NCBI GenBank assembly: GCA_036384155.1
Contig: DASVMV010000331.1
Span: 1-52,334, forward strand
Direction of reading: 5' to 3'
DNA length: 52,334 nucleotides
Source: Micromonosporaceae bacterium
GTDB taxonomy: Bacteria > Actinomycetota > Actinomycetes > Mycobacteriales > Micromonosporaceae
Shown: piece by piece, positions 17,861 through 26,889 of the stretch
Position numbering within the stretch: position 1 is the first letter of the stretch
How the letters are laid out: each line of letters opens with the position of its first letter
Position numbers and translations under genes: made by a program
Notes under the pieces: model-generated
Seen by the model: only the letters and a program-made list of their open reading frames with translations
Told to the model about the DNA's origin: nothing
The model's database searches: none

Positions 17861-19149
17861 GCCCGCGTCTCCGCCCCGATTGGCAGCCGGACCGACACCC
17901 GCCAGCGGCCGTCTTCGGCGCCGACGGCACTCACCCGGCCGCCGAGGGTGGTCACCCGCTCCCGCATGCCGGCGAGCCCGCGGCCGACCCGACCCGGCGC
18001 CGCGCCGCGTCCCGGTCCGTCCCCCGCCGCCGGGTCGACCACCTCGTTGACCACCTCGATGTCCAGGACCCCTTCCGATACGTGGACGCGCACGCTCACC
18101 GGTTGCCGTGGCGCGTGCCGCACCGCATTGGTCAGTCCCTCCTGCACGATCCGGTAGCCCTCGCGGGACAGCGTCGGCGACAGGTCGACGACGCCGGGGC
18201 CAACCTCGACGGTGACCGGCTGACCGGTCGCCCTGACCTCGGCGACCAGCCCGTCGAGGTCGGCGAGGGTCGGCCGGGGAGACCGGGGAGACCGGGGTCG
18301 GTCGCCGGCATCGCCCTCCGGCTCGCGCAGCAGGCCGAGCATGTGGTCGAGTTCCGCCATGGCGGCCCGGCCGGTCTCCGCGATGGCGCGCAACGCCCCC
18401 CGGACGAACTCCCGGTCGGCGTCGAGCAGTTCCCCGGCGGCTCCGGCCTGGACCGTCACGACGGTCAGCGCATGCCCCACCGAGTCGTGCAACTCTCGGG
18501 CGAGGCGGTTGCGCTCGGCGAGGCGCCCGGCCCGTTCCTCCAGAGCCGCGATGCGCTCGGCCTGGGACGGGCCGAGCAGGACCGGCGCCATCGAGCGGGC
18601 CAGCGCGCCCAACCCGGCGATCGCGTAGCCCAGGGCGACCAGCGTCACCAGTCCGGCCAGCGCCAGCCACCCGCGGTCGTCCTGGTCGAAGGGCCCGATC
18701 CGCAGGACGGGTAAGGCGTCCGCGCCCAGCCCCAACCGCTGGATCACGAAGACCAGCGCCATCGGGAAGGCGCTGATGAGCGCGAACATGACCAAGCCCC
18801 CGGTCACCAGGTGCACCGCGATCCACAGGGCGGACCGCAGCCGGGTCTCCTGGTCGAGTCGGTGGCCGGGCACCGGATCTGGCAGCCGCACGTCGAGGAG
18901 CGTCCGCACGGCGGCGATCTCCAGCGCCCGGCTGCCGCCGAGGAAGACCGGCACCACCGCGATCACCGCGGCGGCGGCCAGCAGACCCACGACAATGGGA
19001 CGCGGGGTGACGGCGTCCCGCAGCATGCTGCCGAAGATCTCACCGAGGAGGAGGTACGGCAGCAGCAGCACCCCGCCCAGCAGAAGGAACACCGCACGCC
19101 GGTAGGTGCTGGCGCTGATCAGCGGAGCCAGGACGGCGCGGACGCTCAC
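17857..19149 (-). CDS. Sensor histidine kinase (HisKA_3 type)
   Basis: N-terminal TM segments, H-box ARELHDSVGHALTVV and ATP-lid GRGLAGMRERV. I chose the GTG start at 19147-19149 because the upstream part of the track ORF overlaps a recognisable gene. Confidence 0.85.
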   Translation of the reverse strand: MSVRAVLAPLISASTYRRAVFLLLGGVLLLPYLLLGEIFGSMLRDAVTPRPIVVGLLAAAAVIAVVPVFLGGSRALEIAAVRTLLDVRLPDPVPGHRLDQETRLRSALWIAVHLVTGGLVMFALISAFPMALVFVIQRLGLGADALPVLRIGPFDQDDRGWLALAGLVTLVALGYAIAGLGALARSMAPVLLGPSQAERIAALEERAGRLAERNRLARELHDSVGHALTVVTVQAGAAGELLDADREFVRGALRAIAETGRAAMAELDHMLGLLREPEGDAGDRPRSPRSPRPTLADLDGLVAEVRATGQPVTVEVGPGVVDLSPTLSREGYRIVQEGLTNAVRHAPRQPVSVRVHVSEGVLDIEVVNEVVDPAAGDGPGRGAAPGRVGRGLAGMRERVTTLGGRVSAVGAEDGRWRVSVRLPIGAETRA

Positions 19150-19186
19150 GCCACCATTGTCGCCCAGCGCCGGCGGTGCCTGGATA

Positions 19187-19609
19187 TCAAGGGGCTCCGG
19201 GCCGCGGTCGGCGGCGGTGTGGCGACTCCTCCAGGTACTGCCGCGCCATGCGCTTCGGCACCTGAGCCAGCCAGGCCTCGACCAGAAGTTCCTCGAGTTC
19301 CGACACGGAGATGCGCTCGAGCCGGACCAGGATCGCCGGGTAGCCGTTGAAGTGCGGCGTCGTGAAGTAGACGGCCGGATCGTCCGCCAGCAGCGCCTCT
19401 TTCGCGCCGAGGTCGGGAACCCGCGCCGCCAGGATCGGCCCATCGGGCGCCGCATCGCCCAGCGCCTCGAGGTCCGAGCGCCGCAGCGGCCGCTCCCAGG
19501 CGAGCGGCTTGTTCCTGACCCGCCAGGCGAGCATCCCGTCCCGCCCGGACTGCTCAATGGTCTCCGGCAGGTCCAGCACGATCCGGCTCACGTCATCCCA
19601 AGTGGCCAT
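19187..19609 (-). CDS. MmcQ/YjbR-family protein
   Basis: MATWDDVSRIVLDLPETIEQSGRDGMLAWRVRNKPLAWERPL...YFTTPHFNGYPAILVRL matches the family pattern as I recognise it. Confidence 0.7.
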   Translation of the reverse strand: MATWDDVSRIVLDLPETIEQSGRDGMLAWRVRNKPLAWERPLRRSDLEALGDAAPDGPILAARVPDLGAKEALLADDPAVYFTTPHFNGYPAILVRLERISVSELEELLVEAWLAQVPKRMARQYLEESPHRRRPRPGAP

Positions 19610-19622
19610 GGGTCCGGGCGTT

Positions 19623-21953
19623 CTACGAGGCGGGAGCGGGGAATTCGTACACGTCGACGCCCGGTGCCTGATATCGCAGCTTGGCGTACGGCTCCAGCGT
19701 TTTGGCGTACGGGCGGGTGTGGTCGACGAAGATCCACCGGACCCCCCGGTTCTGCAACTCGCGAGCCGCTTCCGCGGTGGGCTCGGCGATGAACCCGTCG
19801 TTCAGTCGCAGCAGGTCGGGCTGCCAGTAACTCACGGTGAGGGAGTCCCGACCGTGCGGCCCGAGCTTCGCGGACATCGGCGTGTAGGCCCAGCCTTCCA
19901 GCAGCACCTGCCGCTCGCTGAACGCGGCGACGACGAACCGGCGGCTTTCACAGTTGGCCGGCTCGGCCGGCGTGGTGCAGTGCCGGTTCGTCATGACCAG
20001 GTCGTTGACGTCTGAGTGGTCGCGGATCCAGCGCGCGGCGTCAACCTGACCGCGCGACGTTGCCCCTGCGCGGTCAAGAGGAACGGTCGGTGCCGGCGTA
20101 TCCGGGGGCCGCTTGGGAAGCTCCCAGGCCGTCGCGATGGCGCCACCGGCCAGGATGGTCAGCACCATGGCCGCGCCGGCCAGCCGGAATCGCTCGGCCG
20201 GTGAACGCCCGGCAAGCAAGCCGATGAGGCCGGCCGCAACCACGACCAGCACCGCTATGGCGATCATGCCAAGGGCCCGAGCCCAGCCGCCCCGGACCAG
20301 GGGGCCGGCGATGGCCGGCCCCAACCAGACCATCGCCGGGCCGGTCAGCGCCGCCAACGCGACGAGCCGGACGAGTCTGGACGGTCTGATCGCCGCCACG
20401 AGAGCGACCAGCCCCACCGCGGACCCGAGGGCGAGCAAGGGAATCGCCGTCCGGGCGAAGTACCACTGGCCCGCACCTGGATGAGTGAACAGCGCAACCG
20501 CTCCGGCACCTGCCAGGCCGGCGCCGCCGAGAAACCACGGCAGAGGGCTTCGTCGCGCGGTGCGGCTGAACGGAAGCACGAGGGCCCCCGTACCGCGGGC
20601 CAGAATCCCGACGACCGCCACCGCCAGAACCAGCACCACCTTGCCCCCGGTGTCCGGCGTTCCAAGCCCCACAAAGGTCTGCTGGGCAGCGTCCCACGGG
20701 TCCAGTTGAAGGCCGGACCCCGTGCCGTGGAACACCACGATGATTGCCAACGCCAGGCAGCTGAGGACGATCAGTAGGTCGAGGATCACGTGGCGGATTC
20801 GAGACCGGTCGAAGACGAGCATGGCGACAAGGGCCAGGCCGAGCCCGGCGACGACGAGCGGCACGGTCGAACCCTTGGTGCCCGCCGCGCCCATGCAGAG
20901 GACGGGCAGTAGCACCACACCAGCGGGATGCATCGACCTGTTCCACCGCAGCGCCAGCACGCTGACGATGCCAACCATCATGGGAGCGGCCAGCCCGAGA
21001 CTTGGTGACAGCGGCGCGATCGGCAGCGCCACCGCCGGCTTGCCGAGGACGTTGAGGTCGCCGCCGGCCATGGCCAGGGCTCCCGCGACGGGACCGGCCC
21101 AGGGGCGGTTGGTCAGGCGCACCGCGGCGGTTGCGACGGCGAGCACCACGACGACCGGCATGAGCGCCGGCATGAACCGGAACAAAACCTCGTCGAGCCC
21201 GGCGCCGGATGCGCCCGAGACCTGCGCGACCCAGGCGTGACTGAACCAGTGGTACGCCAGCGGTTCGCTTTCCACATAAGGGAAGGTCGTGGGCCCGCGG
21301 TGAGCGAGCTGGGCAGCGAGGGCGAGATGGTCGTACGCGTCGACGTGCGGCGCGCGCGCCCCCGCCTCCCAGTGCAGGGGCACCGACCGGAAGTACCAGG
21401 GGAGCTGGAAAATCGGGATGAGGAAGAGCCCGGCCACCGAAGGCCCCCACCACCAGGGCAGCGGGCGCGTCTCGGCCGACCGGATCCTTGCTCGCGTGAC
21501 CGGCACCAGGAGCAGAACCACCGCCACCGCCAGCGGGCCGAAGGCGAGCCAGGGCTGCTCGGCAAGCCCGGCAACGACCTGCGCCCCGATGGCCAGGGCG
21601 GAGCCGATCGCGAAGCCCATCGCGACGTCCTCGAGAACCCACCCATGTCGGGGGCGGACCGCCCGCCAGGCCACGGCCCCCGGCAGGATCTGGGTCACCA
21701 GCACGGCGACGGTGGCCTGGAGCGCATGCATTGCCGGCATCCCACCCCGGACGGAGAACGCCAGCATGGCCGCCGTGGCGACGACCGTCGCGCCCATGGC
21801 AGCCAGCCGCACGAGCGGCCTGGCATCGGCCGCCTTCCGGGCCTCCGGCGGCCGGCCGGGGACACCGACTTCCGGTACTGTCTGTACCACGCATGCTCCA
21901 CGTGCTCGATCGGCCCAGGTGCTGCAGGGTGCTGCGGGCCCGGCGGAATTCAC
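19623..21953 (-). CDS. Large polytopic membrane protein, GT-C-fold glycosyltransferase-like, with a soluble C-terminal domain
   Basis: Many hydrophobic segments. The early loop motif HVDAYDHLALAAQLAH...PLAYHWFSHAW resembles GT-C/PMT-ArnT-like enzymes. There is a C-terminal ~170 aa non-membrane domain. The start is uncertain (several candidates between about 21800 and 21953). Confidence 0.55.
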   Translation of the reverse strand: MNSAGPAAPCSTWADRARGACVVQTVPEVGVPGRPPEARKAADARPLVRLAAMGATVVATAAMLAFSVRGGMPAMHALQATVAVLVTQILPGAVAWRAVRPRHGWVLEDVAMGFAIGSALAIGAQVVAGLAEQPWLAFGPLAVAVVLLLVPVTRARIRSAETRPLPWWWGPSVAGLFLIPIFQLPWYFRSVPLHWEAGARAPHVDAYDHLALAAQLAHRGPTTFPYVESEPLAYHWFSHAWVAQVSGASGAGLDEVLFRFMPALMPVVVVLAVATAAVRLTNRPWAGPVAGALAMAGGDLNVLGKPAVALPIAPLSPSLGLAAPMMVGIVSVLALRWNRSMHPAGVVLLPVLCMGAAGTKGSTVPLVVAGLGLALVAMLVFDRSRIRHVILDLLIVLSCLALAIIVVFHGTGSGLQLDPWDAAQQTFVGLGTPDTGGKVVLVLAVAVVGILARGTGALVLPFSRTARRSPLPWFLGGAGLAGAGAVALFTHPGAGQWYFARTAIPLLALGSAVGLVALVAAIRPSRLVRLVALAALTGPAMVWLGPAIAGPLVRGGWARALGMIAIAVLVVVAAGLIGLLAGRSPAERFRLAGAAMVLTILAGGAIATAWELPKRPPDTPAPTVPLDRAGATSRGQVDAARWIRDHSDVNDLVMTNRHCTTPAEPANCESRRFVVAAFSERQVLLEGWAYTPMSAKLGPHGRDSLTVSYWQPDLLRLNDGFIAEPTAEAARELQNRGVRWIFVDHTRPYAKTLEPYAKLRYQAPGVDVYEFPAPAS

Positions 21954-22010
21954 GGGCAGTTTAGGCCGTCGAGCAGTTACTCAGGAGACCACTGCTGACC
22001 GCCGGCCTGC

Positions 22011-23126
22011 CTACCGGGCGGGCGACGGCAGGCCGCTCGGCGGAGCCCGTCGGCCGTCGAGTTGGACGGCGACGCGGCGCAGCACCTCGTCAACAACGCG
22101 TTCCCGGCCTTTCGCGTCCACTGCGGACCACGCCTGCCCGGCCAGGCGCTCCCGCCGGTCGGGTTCGACGAGCAGCGCCCGCAATGCCCCGAGTGCCTCG
22201 TCGGCCGGTGCGCCGCCCGCCGCGATGTCTTCGAGTCGGCCGAGCCCCACCGCCAGACCGCGGGCGACCACCCGATCGAACCCCAGTTGCTGGTTGTCGA
22301 CCACCCAGATCAGCGCGGCGCTCGCGCCGAGGCAGAGCAGCTCCCAGGTCGACGTGCCCGAGGCGCTGACCACCACGTCCGTCCGGGCGATCAGGTCGGG
22401 AAGATCATCGGTCGGACCGATCACCCGCAACTCCTGACCGGGGCCGGTCTTCAGGGCGGCCAGCGCGGCCCGCAGATGCGGCCGAGCCGCCACCACGGTC
22501 GCGTCGAACGGCGCTCCGGTCGCGATCAGCAGCCGGGTCAGGACCGGCGCCGCCTCGAACGCGTCCGTGCCGCCGAAGAACAGGAGGACCCGCGGCACCG
22601 CGCCGGACCGGGACCGCCCCGGGCGTCCCGGACTGGACGGCCGGCGCCGGCGGACCGAGTCGCGCAGCAGGGCGTACCGCAGACCGGCGAGCCGTACCGC
22701 GCCGTCGGGTAGCGCCGGCTTGAGCAGCTCGGCGTCGAGATTCTGGTCGATGTAGATGTCCGCCACCTGCCCGCGCAGGTCGCCGTCGACGATCGACACG
22801 ACGACCAGCCCGGCCGCCCGGCAGGCGGCGGTGTGGTCGGGGGGCAGCTCGTACGAGTCGGCTACCACCGCATCCAGGCCCAGCCGCCGCGCCAGCGCGA
22901 CGAGCTCGCCCGGGGTTTCCGGGGCCGGCAGCAATGGCAGGCTGCGGCTGGACAACTGCATTCGGGCCCAGGGCAGATCCTCGCTCATGTCACCGAGGAA
23001 GGTCACCTCGACGTTCCTGGCCCGGAACTCCTCGGCGAGCGCCACACAGCGGATCAGGTGGCCAACTCCCGTCGCCGGCCGGGCATCACACCGGATGCCC
23101 ACCCGCGCCGGTCCCCAGGCGCTCAC
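22011..23126 (-). CDS. pseG: UDP-2,4-diacetamido-2,4,6-trideoxy-beta-L-altropyranose hydrolase
   Basis: RVGIRCDARPATGVGHLIRCVALAEEFRARNVEVTFLG is the PseG N-terminal signature, in a GT-B-like two-domain layout. GTGA overlap with the upstream gene. Confidence 0.8.
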   Translation of the reverse strand: MSAWGPARVGIRCDARPATGVGHLIRCVALAEEFRARNVEVTFLGDMSEDLPWARMQLSSRSLPLLPAPETPGELVALARRLGLDAVVADSYELPPDHTAACRAAGLVVVSIVDGDLRGQVADIYIDQNLDAELLKPALPDGAVRLAGLRYALLRDSVRRRRPSSPGRPGRSRSGAVPRVLLFFGGTDAFEAAPVLTRLLIATGAPFDATVVAARPHLRAALAALKTGPGQELRVIGPTDDLPDLIARTDVVVSASGTSTWELLCLGASAALIWVVDNQQLGFDRVVARGLAVGLGRLEDIAAGGAPADEALGALRALLVEPDRRERLAGQAWSAVDAKGRERVVDEVLRRVAVQLDGRRAPPSGLPSPAR

Positions 23127-23851
23127 GCGTCGGTCAGCGCCTTCTGCTTGACGTTGGCGTTCAACTGCCGGATCTCCGGGTTGGCTACCAGCCACTCGGC
23201 CAGCTTGCGTACGGATGCGCTGGTGTCGCCGAAGTGGGCGACCGCGGCTTCGACCAGCCGCCAGTCGTCCGGCGTGTCCACTGTGACCCGGAGGTCGGAC
23301 AGGTTCGGCGGCATGGTCAGGCCGAGGATCCGGAACTGCTGGGGGTGGGTGTAGATGTACGAGGTGACATGCGTGCGGTGGTGCGCGGTCGCCAGCGAGT
23401 CGATCATGCGGAGCGTCCCGGCCCGGACGATCTCCACGTCCATGCCCAGCGGCAGCGACCGGGAGATGGCGGTGCTCAGGTAATCCAGTTCACCGACCGC
23501 TCGCCAGACCGTTGCGGCCGTCCCGATGATGTCCGGGTCGAGCAGAGGATTGTCCGCGCTGAACCGCATGACCGCGTCGGCCGGGTGCTCGTCGAGCGCG
23601 CCAAGGAAGCGGGTCAACACATCATCGGCCGAGCCGCGGTAGGTCGACACGCCGAGCCGCTGCGCCTCGCCGACCACCGCGTCGTCGACCTCGTCGGACG
23701 TGGTGGCCACCACCAGGTCGTCGAGCCCGGCGCTCTCCTGCGCCGCACGGACCACCCGGCCCAGTACGGTGCGGCCGGCGAGCTGGCGCAGGACCTTGCC
23801 CTCCAGCCGGGTAGACCCCATCCGCGCCTGGATGATGCCGACGATGCGCAT
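23123..23851 (-). CDS. pseF: Cytidylyltransferase (SpsF/COG1861-like), inferred CMP-pseudaminic acid synthetase
   Basis: MRIVGIIQARMGSTRLEGKVLRQLAGRTVLGRVV...VVATT...RGS..DVL is a cytidylyltransferase fold signature. An in-frame ATG at 23947 would add 32 residues encoded by the 17-bp repeat array. Confidence 0.75.
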   Translation of the reverse strand: MRIVGIIQARMGSTRLEGKVLRQLAGRTVLGRVVRAAQESAGLDDLVVATTSDEVDDAVVGEAQRLGVSTYRGSADDVLTRFLGALDEHPADAVMRFSADNPLLDPDIIGTAATVWRAVGELDYLSTAISRSLPLGMDVEIVRAGTLRMIDSLATAHHRTHVTSYIYTHPQQFRILGLTMPPNLSDLRVTVDTPDDWRLVEAAVAHFGDTSASVRKLAEWLVANPEIRQLNANVKQKALTDA

Positions 23852-23865
23852 GCTCCTGGCTCTCC

Positions 23866-23950
23866 TCTGGCTCAGTCCTGCCGATGGCTCGGTCATGCTG
23901 ATGGCTCGGTCATGCTGATGGCTCGGTTGTGCTGATGGCTCGGCCATGCC
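23866..23950. repeat. Tandem repeat, 4 good copies plus 1 degenerate copy of a 17-bp unit (gatggctcggtcatgct)
   Basis: Units at 23883-23899, 23900-23916, 23917-23933 and 23934-23950, with a degenerate copy at 23866-23882. The array lies between the pseC stop and the pseF start on the transcribed strand. Confidence 0.9.
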
Positions 23951-23982
23951 GACCGGACGAGCTTACGCTCGGCCGGCCGGGA

Positions 23983-25116
23983 TCATGGGGCGAGGATGCC
24001 CCGGAGCGCGTCGACCACCCGATCCTGGTCGGCGTCGGTGAGGTCCGGGAACAGCGGCAGCGACAACTCCTCGGCGTAGAATGCTTCGGCGACAGGGCAC
24101 ATGCCGCGCCGGTAGCCGAGATCCTCGAAGACCGGATGCCAGTACACCGGGATGTAGTTGACCTGCACGCCGATGCCCTGCGCCCGCAGCCGGTCGTAGA
24201 CCTCGCGCCGGCGCCCGTCGAGCACCCGGACGGGGTAGAGGTGCCGGACGGGATCGACCCACTCGCGTTGGATCGGCAGCCGCAGGCCCGGAATGTCGGC
24301 GAGCAGCGTGTTGTAGCGGGCCACCAACTCGGCGCGGCGGTTCATGAAGGCCGGGAGCCGCCGCAGCTGACTGCGACCCAGCGCGCACAGTACGTCGGGC
24401 AGCCGGTAGTTCAGCCCAAACTCGGGCACCTCCTGGTGCCAGCCACCCTCGTCCGGATAGCGCTGCTGTGCCTTGTCGCGGACCAGGCCGATGTTGCGGA
24501 ACCGCCGGGCCCGCTCGAGCAGCTCGGGTGTCGTCGCCGCCACCGCCCCGCCCTCGGCGGTGGTCAGGTTCTTGGTGGGAAAGAACGAGAACGTGGTCAG
24601 GTCGGCGAGCGAGCCCACCGGCGTGCCCCGGTAGGTCGAGCCGATCGCGTGCGCCGCGTCGGCCAGCAGCAGCGCACCGGACCGCTCGGTGACCTTGCGC
24701 AGCTCGTCGTACTCGGCCGGGTGTCCGGCGTAGTCGATGGCTGCGACAACCCTGGTGCGGCTCGTCACCGCCGCGTCGGCGGCGGCGGGGTCCAGGTTCG
24801 CCGTGGCGTCGTCGACGTCCGCGAAGGCCACCCGGGCGCCCAGCGCGATCGCCGTCGACGCCGTGGCCACGAACGTCATCGGCGAGGTAACCACCTCGTC
24901 GCCGGCGCCGATGCCGGCTGCGGCGTACGCCGTGTGCAGGGCGGCGGTGCCGTTGCTGACCGCCACGCACGGCACCCCGCCGGTCCAGCCAGCGAGGTCC
25001 GCCTCGAACGCGTCGACCTGCGGTCCGGTCGTCAGCCAGTCACTGCGCAGCGCGGCGACGACGGCCTCAATATCGGAGTCGTCGACGGACTGTCGGCCGT
25101 ACGGAAGCATCCCCAC
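23983..25116 (-). CDS. pseC: UDP-4-amino-4,6-dideoxy-N-acetyl-beta-L-altrosamine transaminase (DegT/DnrJ/EryC1 family)
   Basis: MLPYGRQSVDDSDIEAVVAALRSDWLTTGPQVDAFE is the PseC-type N-terminus. The PLP-lysine region is FSFFPTKNLTTAEGG. Confidence 0.9.
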   Translation of the reverse strand: MGMLPYGRQSVDDSDIEAVVAALRSDWLTTGPQVDAFEADLAGWTGGVPCVAVSNGTAALHTAYAAAGIGAGDEVVTSPMTFVATASTAIALGARVAFADVDDATANLDPAAADAAVTSRTRVVAAIDYAGHPAEYDELRKVTERSGALLLADAAHAIGSTYRGTPVGSLADLTTFSFFPTKNLTTAEGGAVAATTPELLERARRFRNIGLVRDKAQQRYPDEGGWHQEVPEFGLNYRLPDVLCALGRSQLRRLPAFMNRRAELVARYNTLLADIPGLRLPIQREWVDPVRHLYPVRVLDGRRREVYDRLRAQGIGVQVNYIPVYWHPVFEDLGYRRGMCPVAEAFYAEELSLPLFPDLTDADQDRVVDALRGILAP

Positions 25117-25122
25117 CGCCCC

Positions 25123-26103
25123 TTATGCGATGCCGAGCAGCTGCCGCAGCTCTGCCGGGGTGAGCCACTGGTCGTTGGAGTCCGACCGGTAGGTGAACCC
25201 GTCCGGCACCTCCTCGCCGCCGGTTGGCGGGGTGTAGCCCCAGGTGGCGATCGTCGGCTGGACGACGTAGCGGTCCTTGAACCGCAGAGTGCGCCGGCTG
25301 TCGTCGGGGGCGATCATCTCCTCGTGGAGCTTCTCGCCCGGCCGGATGCCGATCTCGTACGTCGGGCTGTTCGGCGCGACGGCCTCGACCAGGTCGAGGA
25401 TCCGCATGCTGGGGATACGGGGAACGTAGAGCTCCCCGCCGTTCATGATCTCGAACGAGTCGACGACGAACTTGACCGCCTGCTCGAGGGTGATCCAGAA
25501 GCGGGTCATCCGCTTGTCGGTGATCGGCAGGCTCTTGCCCTCGGCGGCGAGCCGGCGGAACAGCGGCACCACCGAGCCACGGCTGCCCATGACGTTGCCG
25601 TAGCGGACCACGGCGAACCGGGCCGGGTGGTGCGCCGCGTAGTGGTTTGCCGACACGAAGAGCTTGTCGGCCACCAGCTTGGTCGCCCCGTACAGGTTGA
25701 TCGGGCTGGACGCCTTGTCGGTGGAGAGCGCCACGACCTTCTTCACGCCCGAGTCGATCGCCGCCTCGACGACGTTCTGCGAACCCGTGACATTGGTCTG
25801 GACGTACTCGAAGGGGTTGTATTCGGCGGTGTCCACCTGCTTGAGCGCCGCGGCGTGGACGACATAGTCGATGCCGTGCATCGCCCGGGTGAGCCGGAAG
25901 CGGTCGCGCACGTCCCCGATGAACCAGCGCAGCCGGGGGTCGTCGCCGAACATCTGCTTGACCTCGTACTGCTTGAGCTCGTCCCGGGAGAAGATGACCA
26001 CCCGCTGCGGGTCGAGGTCGGTGAGCACGTGCTTCAGGAACGCCTTGCCGAAGGAGCCCGTGCCGCCGGTGATCAAGATGGACGACCCACCCAGGATGCT
26101 CAC
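25123..26103 (-). CDS. pseB: UDP-N-acetylglucosamine 4,6-dehydratase (inverting)
   Basis: ILITGGTGSFGKAFLKHVL, DVRD, and YGATKLVADKLF (YxxxK). At 326 aa it is the short PseB/FlaA1 type. Confidence 0.9.
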   Translation of the reverse strand: MSILGGSSILITGGTGSFGKAFLKHVLTDLDPQRVVIFSRDELKQYEVKQMFGDDPRLRWFIGDVRDRFRLTRAMHGIDYVVHAAALKQVDTAEYNPFEYVQTNVTGSQNVVEAAIDSGVKKVVALSTDKASSPINLYGATKLVADKLFVSANHYAAHHPARFAVVRYGNVMGSRGSVVPLFRRLAAEGKSLPITDKRMTRFWITLEQAVKFVVDSFEIMNGGELYVPRIPSMRILDLVEAVAPNSPTYEIGIRPGEKLHEEMIAPDDSRRTLRFKDRYVVQPTIATWGYTPPTGGEEVPDGFTYRSDSNDQWLTPAELRQLLGIA

Positions 26104-26252
26104 GCGCTAACTCCCCACACTCTTTCGACTCAGGCGGCATGCGACTCAGGCGGCACCGCTCGCCATGGCTGCGAGCCAGCAGCATATCCTGCCTGTCCGG
26201 AAACGCCACCTGACGGCCATCCGGCCCAGGTGGGCGGCAGTGCAGGGCAGCG

Positions 26253-26765
26253 CTACCTGCGCCGGCGGTCGGCGCGTTTCAGCGAGATGGGGATCACGGT
26301 GATCCGCCGCCCGTCGATCTCCCGCTGCTCGGGTTCGCCCTCGACGAACCGGAAGCGACGGTTCATCTGGCGGATGACCGCGTTGTGCTCCAGCACCTCG
26401 CCGTCGAGCCGATCGAGCTGGAGCCGGTCGAACGCGTAGTCGGCGGCCTCCCGCATCACCTCGAGCCAGGCCGGCAGGGTCGCCCGGCGCTCGTCGAGTC
26501 CCGCGGCGTCCAGAAAGAACCCCCACGAGCCGGTCTTGACCTCGCCGTCCAGGTCGAGGTCGAAGAAGTTGACCACGCCCGACGGCACCCCGTCGCGCTC
26601 GTAGATGAGAACCTGCCGGGTGCGGTCGGCCCGGGTCCGGGACCACCAGGCCGCGTGCTCGTCCGGTGTGATCTCGTGGCTGTGGATGCTCACCTCGCGG
26701 TTGGGCGCCTGGTTGCGCCACTGCCGCATGTCGTCCAGATCACTGTCGGTCGCCGGTCGCAGCAT
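26253..26765 (-). CDS. pseH: UDP-4-amino-4,6-dideoxy-N-acetyl-beta-L-altrosamine N-acetyltransferase (GNAT)
   Basis: MLRPATDSDLDDMRQWRNQAPNREVS...EHAAWW...VVNFFDLD...LEVLEHNAVIRQMNRRFRFVEGE fits the PseH GNAT pattern, and the gene sits in pse context. Confidence 0.8.
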   Translation of the reverse strand: MLRPATDSDLDDMRQWRNQAPNREVSIHSHEITPDEHAAWWSRTRADRTRQVLIYERDGVPSGVVNFFDLDLDGEVKTGSWGFFLDAAGLDERRATLPAWLEVMREAADYAFDRLQLDRLDGEVLEHNAVIRQMNRRFRFVEGEPEQREIDGRRITVIPISLKRADRRRR

Positions 26766-26805
26766 TCTCGGTCACCTTTCGGACGGACGGCGGGGCGGCC
26801 CGAAC

Positions 26806-26860
26806 GCTACAAGAACGGGGCGCGCTACCAGAACGGGGCCGCGCTGCGAAATCGGGGCGC
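26806..26860. promoter_or_regulatory. Three imperfect ~18-bp direct repeats (gctacNagaacggggcNgc) in the pseH / ACP divergent promoter region
   Basis: Copies at 26806-26823, 26824-26842 and 26843-26860. They lie between the pseH start (26765, minus strand) and the ACP start (26890, plus strand). Confidence 0.5.
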
Positions 26861-26889
26861 AACTAGCCGCCCGGGTATGCTCTCGCATC

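Noticed and set aside
19150-19557. Upstream extension of the histidine kinase ORF (17857-19557)
   Set aside because: It overlaps the recognisable MmcQ/YjbR-like gene (19187-19609) in a different frame. The kinase N-terminus with TM helices begins at GTG 19149.
23929-26439. 836-aa plus-strand ORF
   Set aside because: It is antisense to pseC, pseB and part of pseH, all of which have unmistakable family motifs. It is a shadow ORF.
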